From Chiloscyllium plagiosum (Eukaryota): a stretch of 64,000 bases of DNA. Made by a program: the position numbers and the translations under genes. Every line of letters starts with the position of its first letter. The first letter of the stretch is position 1. The DNA lies in NCBI RefSeq assembly GCF_004010195.1, contig NC_057718.1, forward strand, positions 19,606,104 to 19,670,103, written 5' to 3'. Below, one piece after another: positions 13,061 to 24,960 of this stretch. The notes under the pieces were generated by a model, which did no database searches, was not told the DNA's origin, and was given only the letters and a program-made list of their open reading frames with translations.

Positions 13061-14303
13061 GACTCTAAACAGTATCCTTCCTTGCCCAATACATGGGATA
13101 ATTGGAAAGTGGGAGAGAGGAGAGTACAGAAAAAGGCAGGTAAATGGAATCATTCTACCTCCAGCATCAATACAGTCTCTACAGAGTTCACTCTGAGCAC
13201 TATTACAAGCGAAGGCCTCTTTATGAAATGTCTGATTATTGCATAAACCAGCAAGATAGATTGTGTTACCATTGCAGAGTGTTTTGTTGATGGGCTGTTA
13301 GCTTGAGTTATTATAGATTAATCATTTCAGAATTTTCTCAAGAAATTGCACTTTCTTGAAAGCACCAAATCTCCACTGACACCAACATCTTTGTAACATC
13401 AGGATCTGAAATTTGAGGTCTATTAACATTTCCCAATCACTCCAATTACAGGTTTTTTTTAATTGCAGGGTTTGGTTCTGATTTGATGAAGTAAAGCACT
13501 GAGTGTTACATTTTAAGCCACGTTTGTTATCCATCAACTGTGTTTGAGTAATGTTTTAAAGGTTAAGACAACCGACCAATTAATTTAAAAACAGAAATTG
13601 CTGGTGAAACACAGTAGGTGTGGTTATGTGTCAAGTTTGAGGGAACAGAACAGACATGTTTTAAATATGAACAAATGTGTATTGTTTCAGAATTTTAATA
13701 TAACAAAAGCTTGCATGAGTCCAGACAGTTATTTAAAACCTTTATTAAAAGATCATACCACCTCACAAAACAGGTCTGATCTACTATAATACAGTTAAAT
13801 GCTAATTAAGCTAACTTATAGGCCACAGAATAAATGGGCAAACATGCTGTGAGTTGGATGTTGCCTTGATTGTCAATAATTTCTAAAAATTAAAATGTTA
13901 TGATTAAGATCAAATACTGCTGCTATGTCCTAAGCATGCCAATGTGCATTACTCACCAATCGAAGGCCAGCTATTTATAAGTTGTTTATATAAGGCCTTT
14001 GAGATCCACCTATATTTTTAAATATGTTAACAGATTCCTGTCAATCCCAGATACATTGGTCAGGACTTCGTGACTCCAGAGAGATGGGGCGGCTGTGGGA
14101 CTTGGAAAATAGTGGGAAGCAATTTTGGGATGGCTCCTCAAAAGGCAATCCCACCACTGACCACCAGGGGCGTTTCTCAGAGTTAGGTTGCAAACACAGT
14201 CGATGCTCGTTCCAGCCAACTTATGCGATTGAGCTCTCTTATAGGGCCAATGTAGGCTATTTTAGCTCCATCACAGCTCTGCTCTGTCCTGATGCAGCCA
14301 ACC

Positions 14304-14925
14304 TGTGATGATGATGCTCTTTTAACAAGGTTACGTTGTCCTTGGTTTTTCTTTTCAGGAGATCGAAAAAGCACAGGTTCTGAAAAGTCTGGGCTTGGAT
14401 CGATTTTAGGGCCTGTTTGATTATAGCCAACAGACCTTGCCTCAGGCAAAGGGCTTTCGAGACTTTTTTTATAACACTTGTAGAATTAAAGGTGAATGAC
14501 CAGTTCTCCCAACTCAGTTTTTCTCTGGTTTGGTTTGGTTTTAGCAGTCATGTTGTGAAGCTGCTGGACCCAAGAGAAGCAGGTCCATGCTGATCCTCTC
14601 TCTCTGACTTCTCTCCTGGAAGACCCTGTGTTTGATTTTACCTTTTGTGCCAAGTGGATTAATGCAAGTATTTGAACAGCATCATTGGTGGGGATAGACT
14701 ATTGGGTAATCGGATAAGTTAAGTTATTCTGTATCATCTTCTCTTTTGTTTGTGTTTCATTTGGTAATCTTGTAAATAAATTCTGTTTTGTTTAAAACTA
14801 AGTGGTTTGACCAACTGCATCACTCCTGGACTATCCAATTTACATCTGCTGAAAGCAACGAGCAAAGTTAGGGTCTGGGCTGCTTTCTTGAAATGTTTTG
14901 AGGGGGTCTGGCCTGGTCCATAACA
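14304..14925 (+). mobile_element. Solo LTR (622 bp), probably Gypsy-type
   Basis: TGTGATG...CATAACA termini; 4-bp TSD AACC at 14300-14303 and 14926-14929; AATAAA at 14775. Confidence 0.85.
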
Positions 14926-15204
14926 AACCCTTACAAAGTGGTCTCCCACTGCCATGTCAAGGAGCCATTGGAGATGAAGGTGACATTAACAGGGCTGCAG
15001 GGATAAGAAGCAGCAGCCCTGAGTTGGAATAGGCCTGTAAGGAATGGCCCCTCCAGTCTGATCGTACTACCTACTTCATGCCTCAGTAATCTCTCACTTC
15101 ACCTTCGTATTAATGAGCCCTCATACTCACCTGCCGGTTTATATCATCTGGTGCCAGTTTGACCTCACTAAGGGCTCTGTGTTGAAACCCACAGCTCTAG
15201 AAGC

Positions 15205-15610
15205 CCACACATGATGGGGCCAATTAGGAGACCATCTTCCCAAGAGATAGCAGGCTCAGGGTCCATAAGGAGCTTGAGTAGGCCACTTGGCCCATCTAAT
15301 CTGCACGGGGATTCAACAAGATCATGGCTTATCCAATAATCCTCAATACCATTTTTCCTGCCTTTTCCCCAGAATTGTACACTCTCCCACAACGGGAAGA
15401 AACCTTTCCATATCTATCCTGTCAATTCTCCTACAAATCTTGTATGTTTCAATAATGTCTCCACTCATTCTTCTAAGCTCCAGTGGTAACAAGAAAATTC
15501 CTCCATATTTGGTATCAGCCTAGTGAACCTTCTCTGGCCTGCCTCCAATGTCAGTATATATTTCCTTAGGTAAGGAAACCAAAACTGTTCACAGTATTCC
15601 AGCTGCCCCT
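15205..15610 (-). mobile_element. Old CR1 LINE 3' fragment
   Basis: cataaggag..gtaggcc tail and gtgaaccttctctg..gcctccaatg..aaactgttcacagtattcc (antisense LEYCEQFW region). Confidence 0.7.
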
Positions 15611-17596
15611 ACACCAGCCCGGAAATCCAGCTGTCAGTTTATACACTTTTACCACATATTACTTTGAATAGATGCTAAAATGTAGTCCTGAGCACAATAA
15701 TACATTTAAACAATACCCTGCAATAAACTTCAGCACAAATTGCAATAGGTATCGTGTGCCTTCACTTCATGGAGATGGAGATTTTTGTAACTTTACTGCG
15801 TCTGGACAGTCCACTGAAACAGCTGCTCATGTTCCTCATATTGGCTTCTGGTGTCAAAACCTAACACAATGTCTTCAAATCAAACCATTGGGACAGACCT
15901 CACAAAACTATTCAAGTCTTCCGACAATGCAATAACTGCGCCAGTGTTTCAGTGCTGACCCACCAGACCCTGGGTATGCCAAACCAAAATCCAACTGTCG
16001 TTTACTTTGTTGCTGCACCACTTCCAAAACAATGCCAGAGCCTAGATGATCCTTTATTGCATACTATTCACACTAGAATTCTGTTGGCGGGGTTTCAAAG
16101 GAATTGAATGAAAGGGCTCACCCAATTTTCCTCTTCTCGTTCATTAACCCAGTTTCTGCCATGAATTGAGATCGGCTGAGGGAGGATTCAAGTGGAAACA
16201 AGAAATGGTGGCCAAGGAACTGAAGAGAGATGATAGACATTACAGAAGAAGGTGGTTATGTAGAGTGGTATGTATTTTCCAAATCTCTGGGCCAGCTCCA
16301 TAGGCAGGCCTTGCCAAATATGAAAGGACAGAGAGCAGATTAGTAATGATGTCGCTCATTTACCCATCCTCCATGTCAACATGTGTGGTGCTGACCATGT
16401 TGTGCCTCCTTAGTTTCTGTGAGAGCTACTATGACACAGAAGGCACTGACCCCTTCAGAATCACTAACACCATAATGTGGATTTTCTAGTCAAGGGTGAT
16501 TCTGCACATGCATACAGCCCTTCACTGTACAAGGGTGTGGATGGTTTCCCATGAAGAGGATTCAATGAATGGATGATTCTGGGAATAAGAGAGGACAGCA
16601 GTTGGAGGTTGGGCTTCATGTGGGTGAGTTAGGGAGTAGCAAAATGATCACAATTAAATCACACAGCCTTTTGTCACAGGAACACTAAATGACTTAAAAT
16701 CAAATCTCAGGACACTAGATAAGATTGCAGGTCTACTGATTGAATGATAAATATAAATTGGGGGCTGAGGCCAATCAGTAGTTACTCGAACTTCTATTGT
16801 GACTTGGTTCTAACAGCAAAGGACCATCCAACTGCTCTTGTCTCCTTCCCTGCAGCTCAGCTAAAAATCCTTAATTCTGACACAGAGTCTATCCATTTCT
16901 CTGTCTCATTCTCCAATTATCTGTACCCCAGGAATGACTTTTCCGTGACCCCCCAAAAGTGTCCTGAGTGATCTTTCACAAAACCTGTGATAAATCTCCT
17001 GCCCTTACACTCCCCTCGGCCAGGACTGAATACTGCCACTTCACCATCTGGAATGGGATGTGCTCCAATGTTACGTTTCAGAGTACTCTTGTTGTCCCCC
17101 TGTTACAATTGGACATTCAAGAAATGGATTTGATCACGAATGCTGAAATATGATAAACCTGTTATCGAATTCTGCTGGGGGACACTGTGAAATCATCTTT
17201 CCTCTGTCACAATCCAGAATTGTGTCTTTGCACAAACTCAGAACACCTTCAAGGGCTAAGTTTGACATTTGCAATGCCCCGTTTCCTTGGCTTGTTTCAG
17301 GGTGACGAGTCAGATAGCTCCTTGGGAAACTGAAGGCTGATGCTTACCAGGGATCGGCAGGGTTTCATTGTCACCGGGATTCCCGGAGAGTTTCTCTCTA
17401 CGAGGCACAGTGAGTTTTCTTGTGCTGTCATCTCAAACTCACCTCATTAACTATGTACCACACCCTTACGGCCACCACCAAAACCCCCAGCACTCGTCCA
17501 ATGCTCGCCTGATTTACACACTCAACAGAAATAGAGATACTAGATCAGTGGTGCTGGAAGAGCACAGCAATTCAGGCAGCATCCAAAGACAGGCAA

Positions 17597-17632
17597 AATC
17601 GACGTTTCGGGCAAAAGCCCTTCATCAGGAAT
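17597..17632 (-). ncRNA. Minimal hammerhead ribozyme motif (family A) in the Penelope pLTR
   Basis: AUUC-CUGAUGA-A-GGGC(UUUU)GCCC-GAAAC-GUC-GAUU. Confidence 0.75.
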
Positions 17633-17682
17633 AAAGGCAGAGAGCCTGAAGCGTGGAGAGATAAGCTAGAGGAGGGTGGGGG

Positions 17683-18225
17683 NNNNNNNNNNNNNNNNNN
17701 NNNNNNNNNNNNNNNNNNNNNNNNNNNNNNNNNNNNNNNNNNNNNNNNNNNNNNNNNNNNNNNNNNNNNNNNNNNNNNNNNNNNNNNNNNNNNNNNNNNN
17801 NNNNNNNNNNNNNNNNNNNNNNNNNNNNNNNNNNNNNNNNNNNNNNNNNNNNNNNNNNNNNNNNNNNNNNNNNNNNNNNNNNNNNNNNNNNNNNNNNNNN
17901 NNNNNNNNNNNNNNNNNNNNNNNNNNNNNNNNNNNNNNNNNNNNNNNNNNNNNNNNNNNNNNNNNNNNNNNNNNNNNNNNNNNNNNNNNNNNNNNNNNNN
18001 NNNNNNNNNNNNNNNNNNNNNNNNNNNNNNNNNNNNNNNNNNNNNNNNNNNNNNNNNNNNNNNNNNNNNNNNNNNNNNNNNNNNNNNNNNNNNNNNNNNN
18101 NNNNNNNNNNNNNNNNNNNNNNNNNNNNNNNNNNNNNNNNNNNNNNNNNNNNNNNNNNNNNNNNNNNNNNNNNNNNNNNNNNNNNNNNNNNNNNNNNNNN
18201 NNNNNNNNNNNNNNNNNNNNNNNNN
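17683..18225. other. Assembly gap (543 N)
   Basis: Run of N inside the Penelope element; a second 15-N gap lies at 18928-18942. Confidence 1.
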
Positions 18226-18832
18226 GGAAATGTTGGCGGATGATTTGGTTTATGCGAAGGTTGGTAGGGTGGAAGGTGAGCACCAGGGGCGTTCTGTCCT
18301 TGTTGCGGTTGGAGGGGTTGGGTCTGAGGGCGGAGGTGCGGGATGTGGATGAGATGCGTTGGAGGGCATCTTTGACCACGTGGGAAGGGAAATTGCGGTC
18401 TTTAAAGAAGGAGGCCATCTGGTGTGTTCTATGGTGGAACCGCTCCTCCTGGGAGCAGATACGGCGGAGGCGGAGGAATTGGGAATACGGGATGGCATTT
18501 TTGCAAGAGGTAGGGTGGGAAGAGGTGTAATCCAGGTACCTGTGGGAGTCGGTGGGTTTGTAGAAGATGTCAGTGTCAAGTCGGTCGTCACTGATGGAGA
18601 TGGAGAGGTCCAGGAAGGGGAGGGAGGTGTCAGAGATGGTCCAGGTAAATTTAAGGTCAGGGTGGAATGTGTTGGTGAAGTTCCAATGCTGCCATTTTAC
18701 TAGCACCAGTGCCATCTTTCAACTCCAGCTCTGCACCTGGCCAGGCACCAGCAGTCTAGAGCTGCCCTTCACTATCCACATCGTAGGTCAGCAGCCTCAA
18801 ACCAAACCAAGGTAGCACAGCTGATTCATTTT

Positions 18833-19036
18833 TACACAGACACACATATAGATACACATACACACAGACACAAACACATACACAGGCACACACACTGCAC
18901 GTACACACACAGACACAGATACACACANNNNNNNNNNNNNNNCACACACACATACACACTGCACGTACACACACAAACGCACACACACACTGCACATATA
19001 CACACACACACTGCACATACACACACACACTGCACA
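18833..19036. repeat. Imperfect (CA)n microsatellite with recurring ctgca units
   Basis: Direct reading of the sequence. Confidence 0.95.
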
Positions 19037-19324
19037 TTGCTACATCTACTGCTGTTTAAGCACCAGGTCACACAGCTTGCCCATCCTTAGCTGCATCCCA
19101 TCTCACATCCCTCTCTAAGTTAATGCCACTCCTTCCCCAACGTCCACTGAAGCCCAGCACTTTATCATTATTCAGTGTGTGGCCATCATATATAGGACCC
19201 TTTCGAAACAAATCACTGTTATACAACAGCAGTGAAAGCTAACAGAAAACCCAGAAACTGAAATTGCTGAAGATTACCTCTTGGAACCGAAATGGGCGGC
19301 CTGGCTTTCAAACAACAATTAATT

Positions 19325-20700
19325 TACAGACATTGAATGATCACTTCCCCCAGCTCACATCTATTGGACCCAGCAATCGTTTCCATCCTGCTTGGCATGT
19401 TGTGCCTGATGCTGTCATGCTCCATCACGCTGAAGGTGACATTCCTCCGGCTCAAAGTCTTCCCATCCTCCTTGGAAGACTGCTCCTGCTCTCTCAGCTC
19501 TTCAGCCTCCATCACAGCCCCCTCCTCGTCTGCTCCAATTATGTAGAGCACAGTGTTTAAAGATTGTGCAGCACACTCTGTCCGGACTATGCTGCCTCCC
19601 CTAGATACAGCCAATTGTCAGATCCTGATCTTCTGCAGGCCTGTCATCTGCTCCACAGCGGCTCTGATCAGAGAATGGACTGCATTGTATCTGCACTTGG
19701 CCTCAGTCAAGGGCTTGTGTGGGTGAGTCTTCGCCCATGTTCACTGAGGGTAGCCCTTGTCCCCCAGCAACCAACCTCACAAGGCATGTGTCCCCCAGCA
19801 ACCAACCTCACAAATGCAGCAGCAACGCGAGAGTTCTCACAGATGTAGGTGGCATGGCAGTTTTCTGGACACAGCCTTTCAAGATGTGGTGCCGATGATT
19901 ACAGATGGTGTGCACATTGCCGGAAGGAAACCTATTCTGTTGATGAACTGAACGCATGGCCCTGTCAGCACAACGTGTGTACAGTACATCGCGCCCAACC
20001 CTTGGGGTGAGAATGACTGACAAAAGTGGACAACTGAGCATACACTAGCCTGTGGATTGATCACAAACAATGGCCATGACTAACTCACACCCTAGCTGAC
20101 AGTAGACCCCCCTTTGTCTTGACTGAGGCCTACTCCTCTTTGACTTGTGAGATGTGGCTATTTGCTTGAAGTGCATGCAAGTGCGTTTTTGTTGGATGGG
20201 GTGCTGGCACATGCTGTGGGTGAGATTGCAATAACATGGTGCCACATAGCAGCATGTCCACCCTCCAGACTGGTCATAGCTGGCAAGCTGTCCACCTTTG
20301 TGTCTGTGTAAAACAGCAAGGAAAGACAGGGTACTGTGGGGCTTTATCAGGAGGCGAATGACTAAAAGGCAAGGTAAGGCGGGGAAGCTGTGAGCATCAA
20401 AGTTGGCACAAAATGAATGAGTCCTAAGAGAATAAGCAAGCCATCCTGAGATGCAGCAGGGGCTAACCCATGAGTTGGGTTTCTGTCCTTGCACACAAAG
20501 TGTCCTGGCAACAGCATTACAAGAAGCGGTGCCAGTCTGCCCCAAAGTGCAGGTGGATCAGGCATGTGCCATGTTGATACAATGAGGCTGGCATATGCCA
20601 GATGCCAAGGTCCCTGAACATGTGACCACTGCCCATTAGGATGCTGATGCTGGGTGTTCACGATGGATGCCCAAAGGAGCGAGCGGTGAGTTGGAGTCAC
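19325..20700 (-). mobile_element. PIF/Harbinger (HARBI1-like) DDE transposase relic
   Basis: Frameshifted motifs in the expected order: GAMYCTHV (GAIDCTHV), FINRIGF (FINRKGFHS), NVHTICNH (NVQLVCDH), GWLLGDKGYP, AVEQMTGLQK (VIEQTIGLLK), acidic tail. Confidence 0.85.
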
Positions 20701-20930
20701 TTGGTTCTCTCTGACTTTCATGCTGGGGATCCTTAACGTCTAGTTTCTAGTCAGCGATTCGGAAAATAGGAACCTGCATGTTAGTGAGGTTTGATTAGGT
20801 AGTGACGAGGGTGATAACGAGTGGTAGTCCATCCCAGTAGGGCCTCCCACTGCCCAATGGTGAGAATCTTGTCTCATCATTCAACACTTGTTGGAAAATG
20901 GGACTTTCCCCCATTTCCCCTGGAAATTTT

Positions 20931-21887
20931 CACTGTTTGTCATTTTTATAAATGACCTGGAAGAGGGGTTAGAAGGTTGGGTGAGCAAGTTTGCAGATGA
21001 TACGAAAGTCGGAGGAGTTGTTGACAGTGAGGAAGGATGTGGCAGGTTACAGCAGGATATAGAGAAGCTGCAGAGCAGGGCAGAAAGGTGGCAGATGGAA
21101 TTCAATGTAGCTAAGTGCGACGTGATTCACTTTGGGAAGAATAACAAAAAGATGGGGTACTGGGCTAATGATGGGATACTTGATAGTGTGGATGAGCAGA
21201 GGGATCTTGGTGTCCATGTACACAGATCTCTGAAAGTTGCCACCCAGGTAAATAGTGCGGTGAGGAAGGCATATGGCGTACTGGCTTTTATTGGTAGAGG
21301 AATTGAGTTCCGGAGTCCTGAGGTCATGATGCAGTTGTATAAGACTCTGGTGCGGCCGCATCTGGAATATTGTGTGCAGTTTTGGTTGCCATACTATAGG
21401 AAGGATGTGGAGGCACTGGAACGGGTGCAGAGGAGGTTTACCAGGATGTTGCCTGGTATGGAAGGAAGATCGTATGAGGAAAGATTGAGACACTTGGGGC
21501 TGTTTTCATTAGAGAAAAGAAGTTTTAGGGGTGACTTGATTGAGGTGTACAAGATGATTAGGGGGTTAGATAGGGTTGACAGTGTGAACCTTTTCCCGCG
21601 TATGGAGTCGGGTATTACAAGGGGGCATAGCTTTAAATTAAGGGGGGTAGATATTGGACTGAAGTTAGGGGTAGGTTCTTCAGTCAGCGAGTCGTAAGTT
21701 CATGGAATGCCCTGCCAGTAGCAGTGGTGGACTCTCCCTCTTTATGGGCATTTAAGCGGGCATTGGATAGGTATATGGAGGATAGTGGGTTAGTATAGGT
21801 TAGGTGGGCTTGGATCGGCGCAACATCGAGGGCCAAAGGGCCTGTACTGCGCTGTATTCTTCTATGTTCTATGTTCTATGTTCTATG
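20931..21887 (+). mobile_element. Young, 5'-truncated CR1 LINE
   Basis: About 250 aa uninterrupted (LFVIFINDL..SKFADDTK..RPHLEYCVQFW); (TTCTATG)4 tail; TSD ATTTT at 20926-20930 and 21888-21892. Confidence 0.95.
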
Positions 21888-23044
21888 ATTTTACAACCTC
21901 CAGTGGTGGCCAGGAGTTAGGCTCTCCTCTGTTTGCACATTGTGCTTCCTTTAATCTCCAACTTCTCCTCTTCAAATCTTGAATTTCCTAGTTGTTGTAC
22001 AATGCTCATCCATCCTGCAATCCCAGTGACTGGAAATTTTAACTGTATTAACCAGACCTCCTTGATAACATAAGAGGGTGGGATTGGCAGGAACACAGTC
22101 CACACCAGTGAGGTGGTAGCTTTGACATCAGATATTCTCACTTGCAGACACAAGGGCCTGAACAGTTGGGTTCGATGATAGACTATGATTCAGTTTGGTC
22201 CAGAGCAAATTCAGAGGTAAACTCTGGGTAAGTTCAAAGAGTTTGAATACTTTTGTTTAACATCTAAGGTCAACATATACAGGAGATATATGGAAAAGGT
22301 AATGACTTTTTGACCGAAGGTCAGGAATTGACTTTTAAACAAGGTCAACTGTTCTTCCAATGTATACATGTCATAGAACATTCAGGTTAACTTGTCATGT
22401 AGGATTTTTAATCTTTCCTTTCATTCCAAATACCCCTAATTATTTCAACCTGATAATTCCCTTCAGGTTTCCCTCATGCTTGAGAAAAACTTATTCAAAT
22501 TCTGATGCTTTCCAAAACTTAACAGGCACATATATTGGACACAGAAAGGTTATCTGTAGATATTAAAACTGTTCTCTTATGTCCTGGAATTGAACCAAAA
22601 ACCCAAAATCTAAGGAAAAATTTCTTCTGATAAATATTTCTGTCAAACTCTCTGGTCTTTAAGAGGTAGAGCTATATTATATGCCCAAGTTCTATTTAGA
22701 TTTTCTCAATCATGTTAGAAAAATGGCAGGATTTCCCTTTTCTCAAATGAAGCCTTTGTTCTCACGACCTTGCTTTGTGTTCGCTTTCCAGATAACACAG
22801 ATGTCAATCTTTCTCCTTTTCCACCATCCTGTGTCTTGCTTCCCCTTTTCCCTTCCTTCCCTCACATCTGCAAGTTCATCATTATCTACCTCACTTTATG
22901 ACACCCCACACTCTGCAACCTTCGCCACACCCCATACTATGCCTCACCACTGCCACAAGTAGGCTCTTCATATCAGTCTATCCCATAGCATTATCTCATC
23001 AGTTTTTGCAACCCATCACTAAGTCAATCATTCTCTTTTTATTC

Positions 23045-24455
23045 ACATGTTTATCCCAACCTAATCTAGTCCCATTTGCCAGCACTTAGCCCATATCCCT
23101 CTAAACCTTTCCTGTTCATATACCCATCCAGGTGCCTTTTGAATGCTGTAATAGTACCAGCCTTCACCATTTCCTCTGGCAGCTCATTCCACACATGCAC
23201 CACACTCTGCGTGAAAAAGCTGCCCCTTTTAAATTTTTCCCTTCTCACCCTAAACCTATGCCCTCTAGTTCTGAACTCCTACATCTCAGGGAAAAAACCC
23301 TGTCTATTTATCCTACCCATTCCCCTCATGATTTTATAAACCTTTATAAGGTCACCCCTCAGCCTCCAACACTCCAGGAAAAACAACCCTAGCCTGGAGG
23401 TTTAGTGGACAGTGAAGAGGGTTACCTCAGATTACAACAGGATCTGGACCAGATGGGCCAATGGGCTGAGAAGTGGCAGATGGAGTTTAATTCAGATAAA
23501 TGTGAGGTGCTGCATTTTGGGAAAGCAAATCTTAGCAGGACTTATACACTTAATGGTAACGTCCTAGGGAGTGTTGCTGAACAAAGAGACCTTGGAGTAC
23601 AGGTTCATAGCTCCTTGAAAGTGGAGTTGCAGGTAGATAGGATAGTGAAGAAAGCGTTTGGTATACTTTCGTTTATTGGTCAGAATATTGAGTACTGGAG
23701 CATCAGAGGCTGAGGGGTGACCTTATAAAGGTTTACAAAACTATGAGGTGCATGGATAGGATAAATAGGCAATGTCTTTTCCCTGGCATTGGAGAGTCCA
23801 GAACTAGAGGACATAGGTTTAGGGTGAGAGGGGAAAGATATAAAAGAGACCTAAGAGGCAACTTTTTCACACAGAGGGTGGTGTGTGTATGGAATGAGCT
23901 GCCAGAGGAAGTGGTGGAGGCTGATACAATTGCAACATTTAAAAGGCATCTGGATGGTATATGAATAAGAAGGGTTTGGAGGGATATGGGCTGGGTGCTA
24001 GCAGGTGGGACTAGATTGGGTTGGGATATCTGGTCGGCATGGACGTGTTGGACCGAAGGGTCTGTTTCCATGCTGTCCATCTCTATGACTCTATGACTCT
24101 ATTCAGCCTCTCCCTGTAGCTCAAACCCTGCAACCCTGGCAACATCCTTGTAAATCTTTTCTGAGCCTTTCAAGTTTCACAACATCCTTTCCAATAGAAA
24201 GGAGACTAGAATTGCATGCAATATTCTAAAAAGACCTAACTAATGTCCTGCACAGCTGCAACATGACCTCTTAACTTCTATACTCAATGCTCTGACCCAT
24301 AAAGGAAAGCATACCAAACGCCTTCATTATTCTATCTACCTGCAACTCCACTTTCAAGGAGCTATGAATTTACACTCCAAGGTCTCTTTGTTCAGCAACA
24401 CTCCCCAGAACCTTACCATTCTGTGTGTAAGCCCTGCTCTGATTTGCTTTTCCAA
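23045..24455 (-). mobile_element. CR1 fragment split by an oppositely oriented CR1 (23396-24100)
   Basis: The host reads ...accctagcct | attcagcctctccc across the insert. Confidence 0.88.
23396..24100 (+). mobile_element. CR1 3' fragment with an internal deletion near 23697
   Basis: ORFs 23405-23713 and 23743-23964; jumps from the IEY region to the SLE/RLRGDL region; ctatgactctatgactct tail. Confidence 0.9.
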
Positions 24456-24579
24456 TATTTGCTGTAACCTTTTGTCTTCCACTCATCAGGCCAAATGCAA
24501 GAATGCCAAATTTCAAACGATCACGTCAACTTACAGTGCAGGAGAAAAAGGATGCTGATTGGTAGGCAAGTCAAGTGAC

Positions 24580-24960
24580 TGGTGTAGAATAAGAGGTGAT
24601 TTTACCCAAACTTGCAAACTTCTTACAGAACTTGACAGCATAGACACAGGAAGGATGTTTCCCCTGGCTTGGGTATGGTTCTAGGATAAGTGTCAGCTTA
24701 TTTAGGACTAAGATTGGAGGAAGCTTCTTGACTCAGATTTGGTGAGTCTTTGGAATTCTCTGTCCCAGGAAGTTCTGCTCTTGATTGCGTTCAAGACTGT
24801 GATCTATTGATTTCTGCATATTAACATCATCAAGAGATATGAGGACAGGGCAGGAAAATGTTGTTGAGATAGAAGATCAGCCATGATGTCATTGAAATGC
24901 TTCAGCGAGCCCAATGGGCTGAATATGCAACTCCTGCTTATATTCCTTACGTATTATGTT
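24580..24960 (+). mobile_element. Old CR1 3' fragment
   Basis: agaataagaggtgat..ggaaggatgtttccc..tggaattctctg..gatcagccatgat. Confidence 0.7.

Larger units (their letters stand above)
17540..18682 (-). mobile_element. Young, 5'-truncated Penelope-like element (RT C-terminus/linker; GIY-YIG presumably inside the N gap) ending in a hammerhead-bearing pLTR
   Basis: Stop-free FHPDLKFTW...LPFLDL...YKPTDSHRYLDYTSSHP..CKNAIPYSQFLRLRRICS...PLVLTFHP; CpGs retained. Confidence 0.92.

Noticed and set aside
14158..14175. CTCF-like ccaccaggggcg
   Set aside because: One G short of the core spacing.
17666..18715. 349-aa and 284-aa ORFs
   Set aside because: Their length comes from the N gap; the real part is Penelope RT or its antisense.
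18756..19071. Cys/Val-rich ORFs
   Set aside because: Translations of the (CA)n microsatellite.
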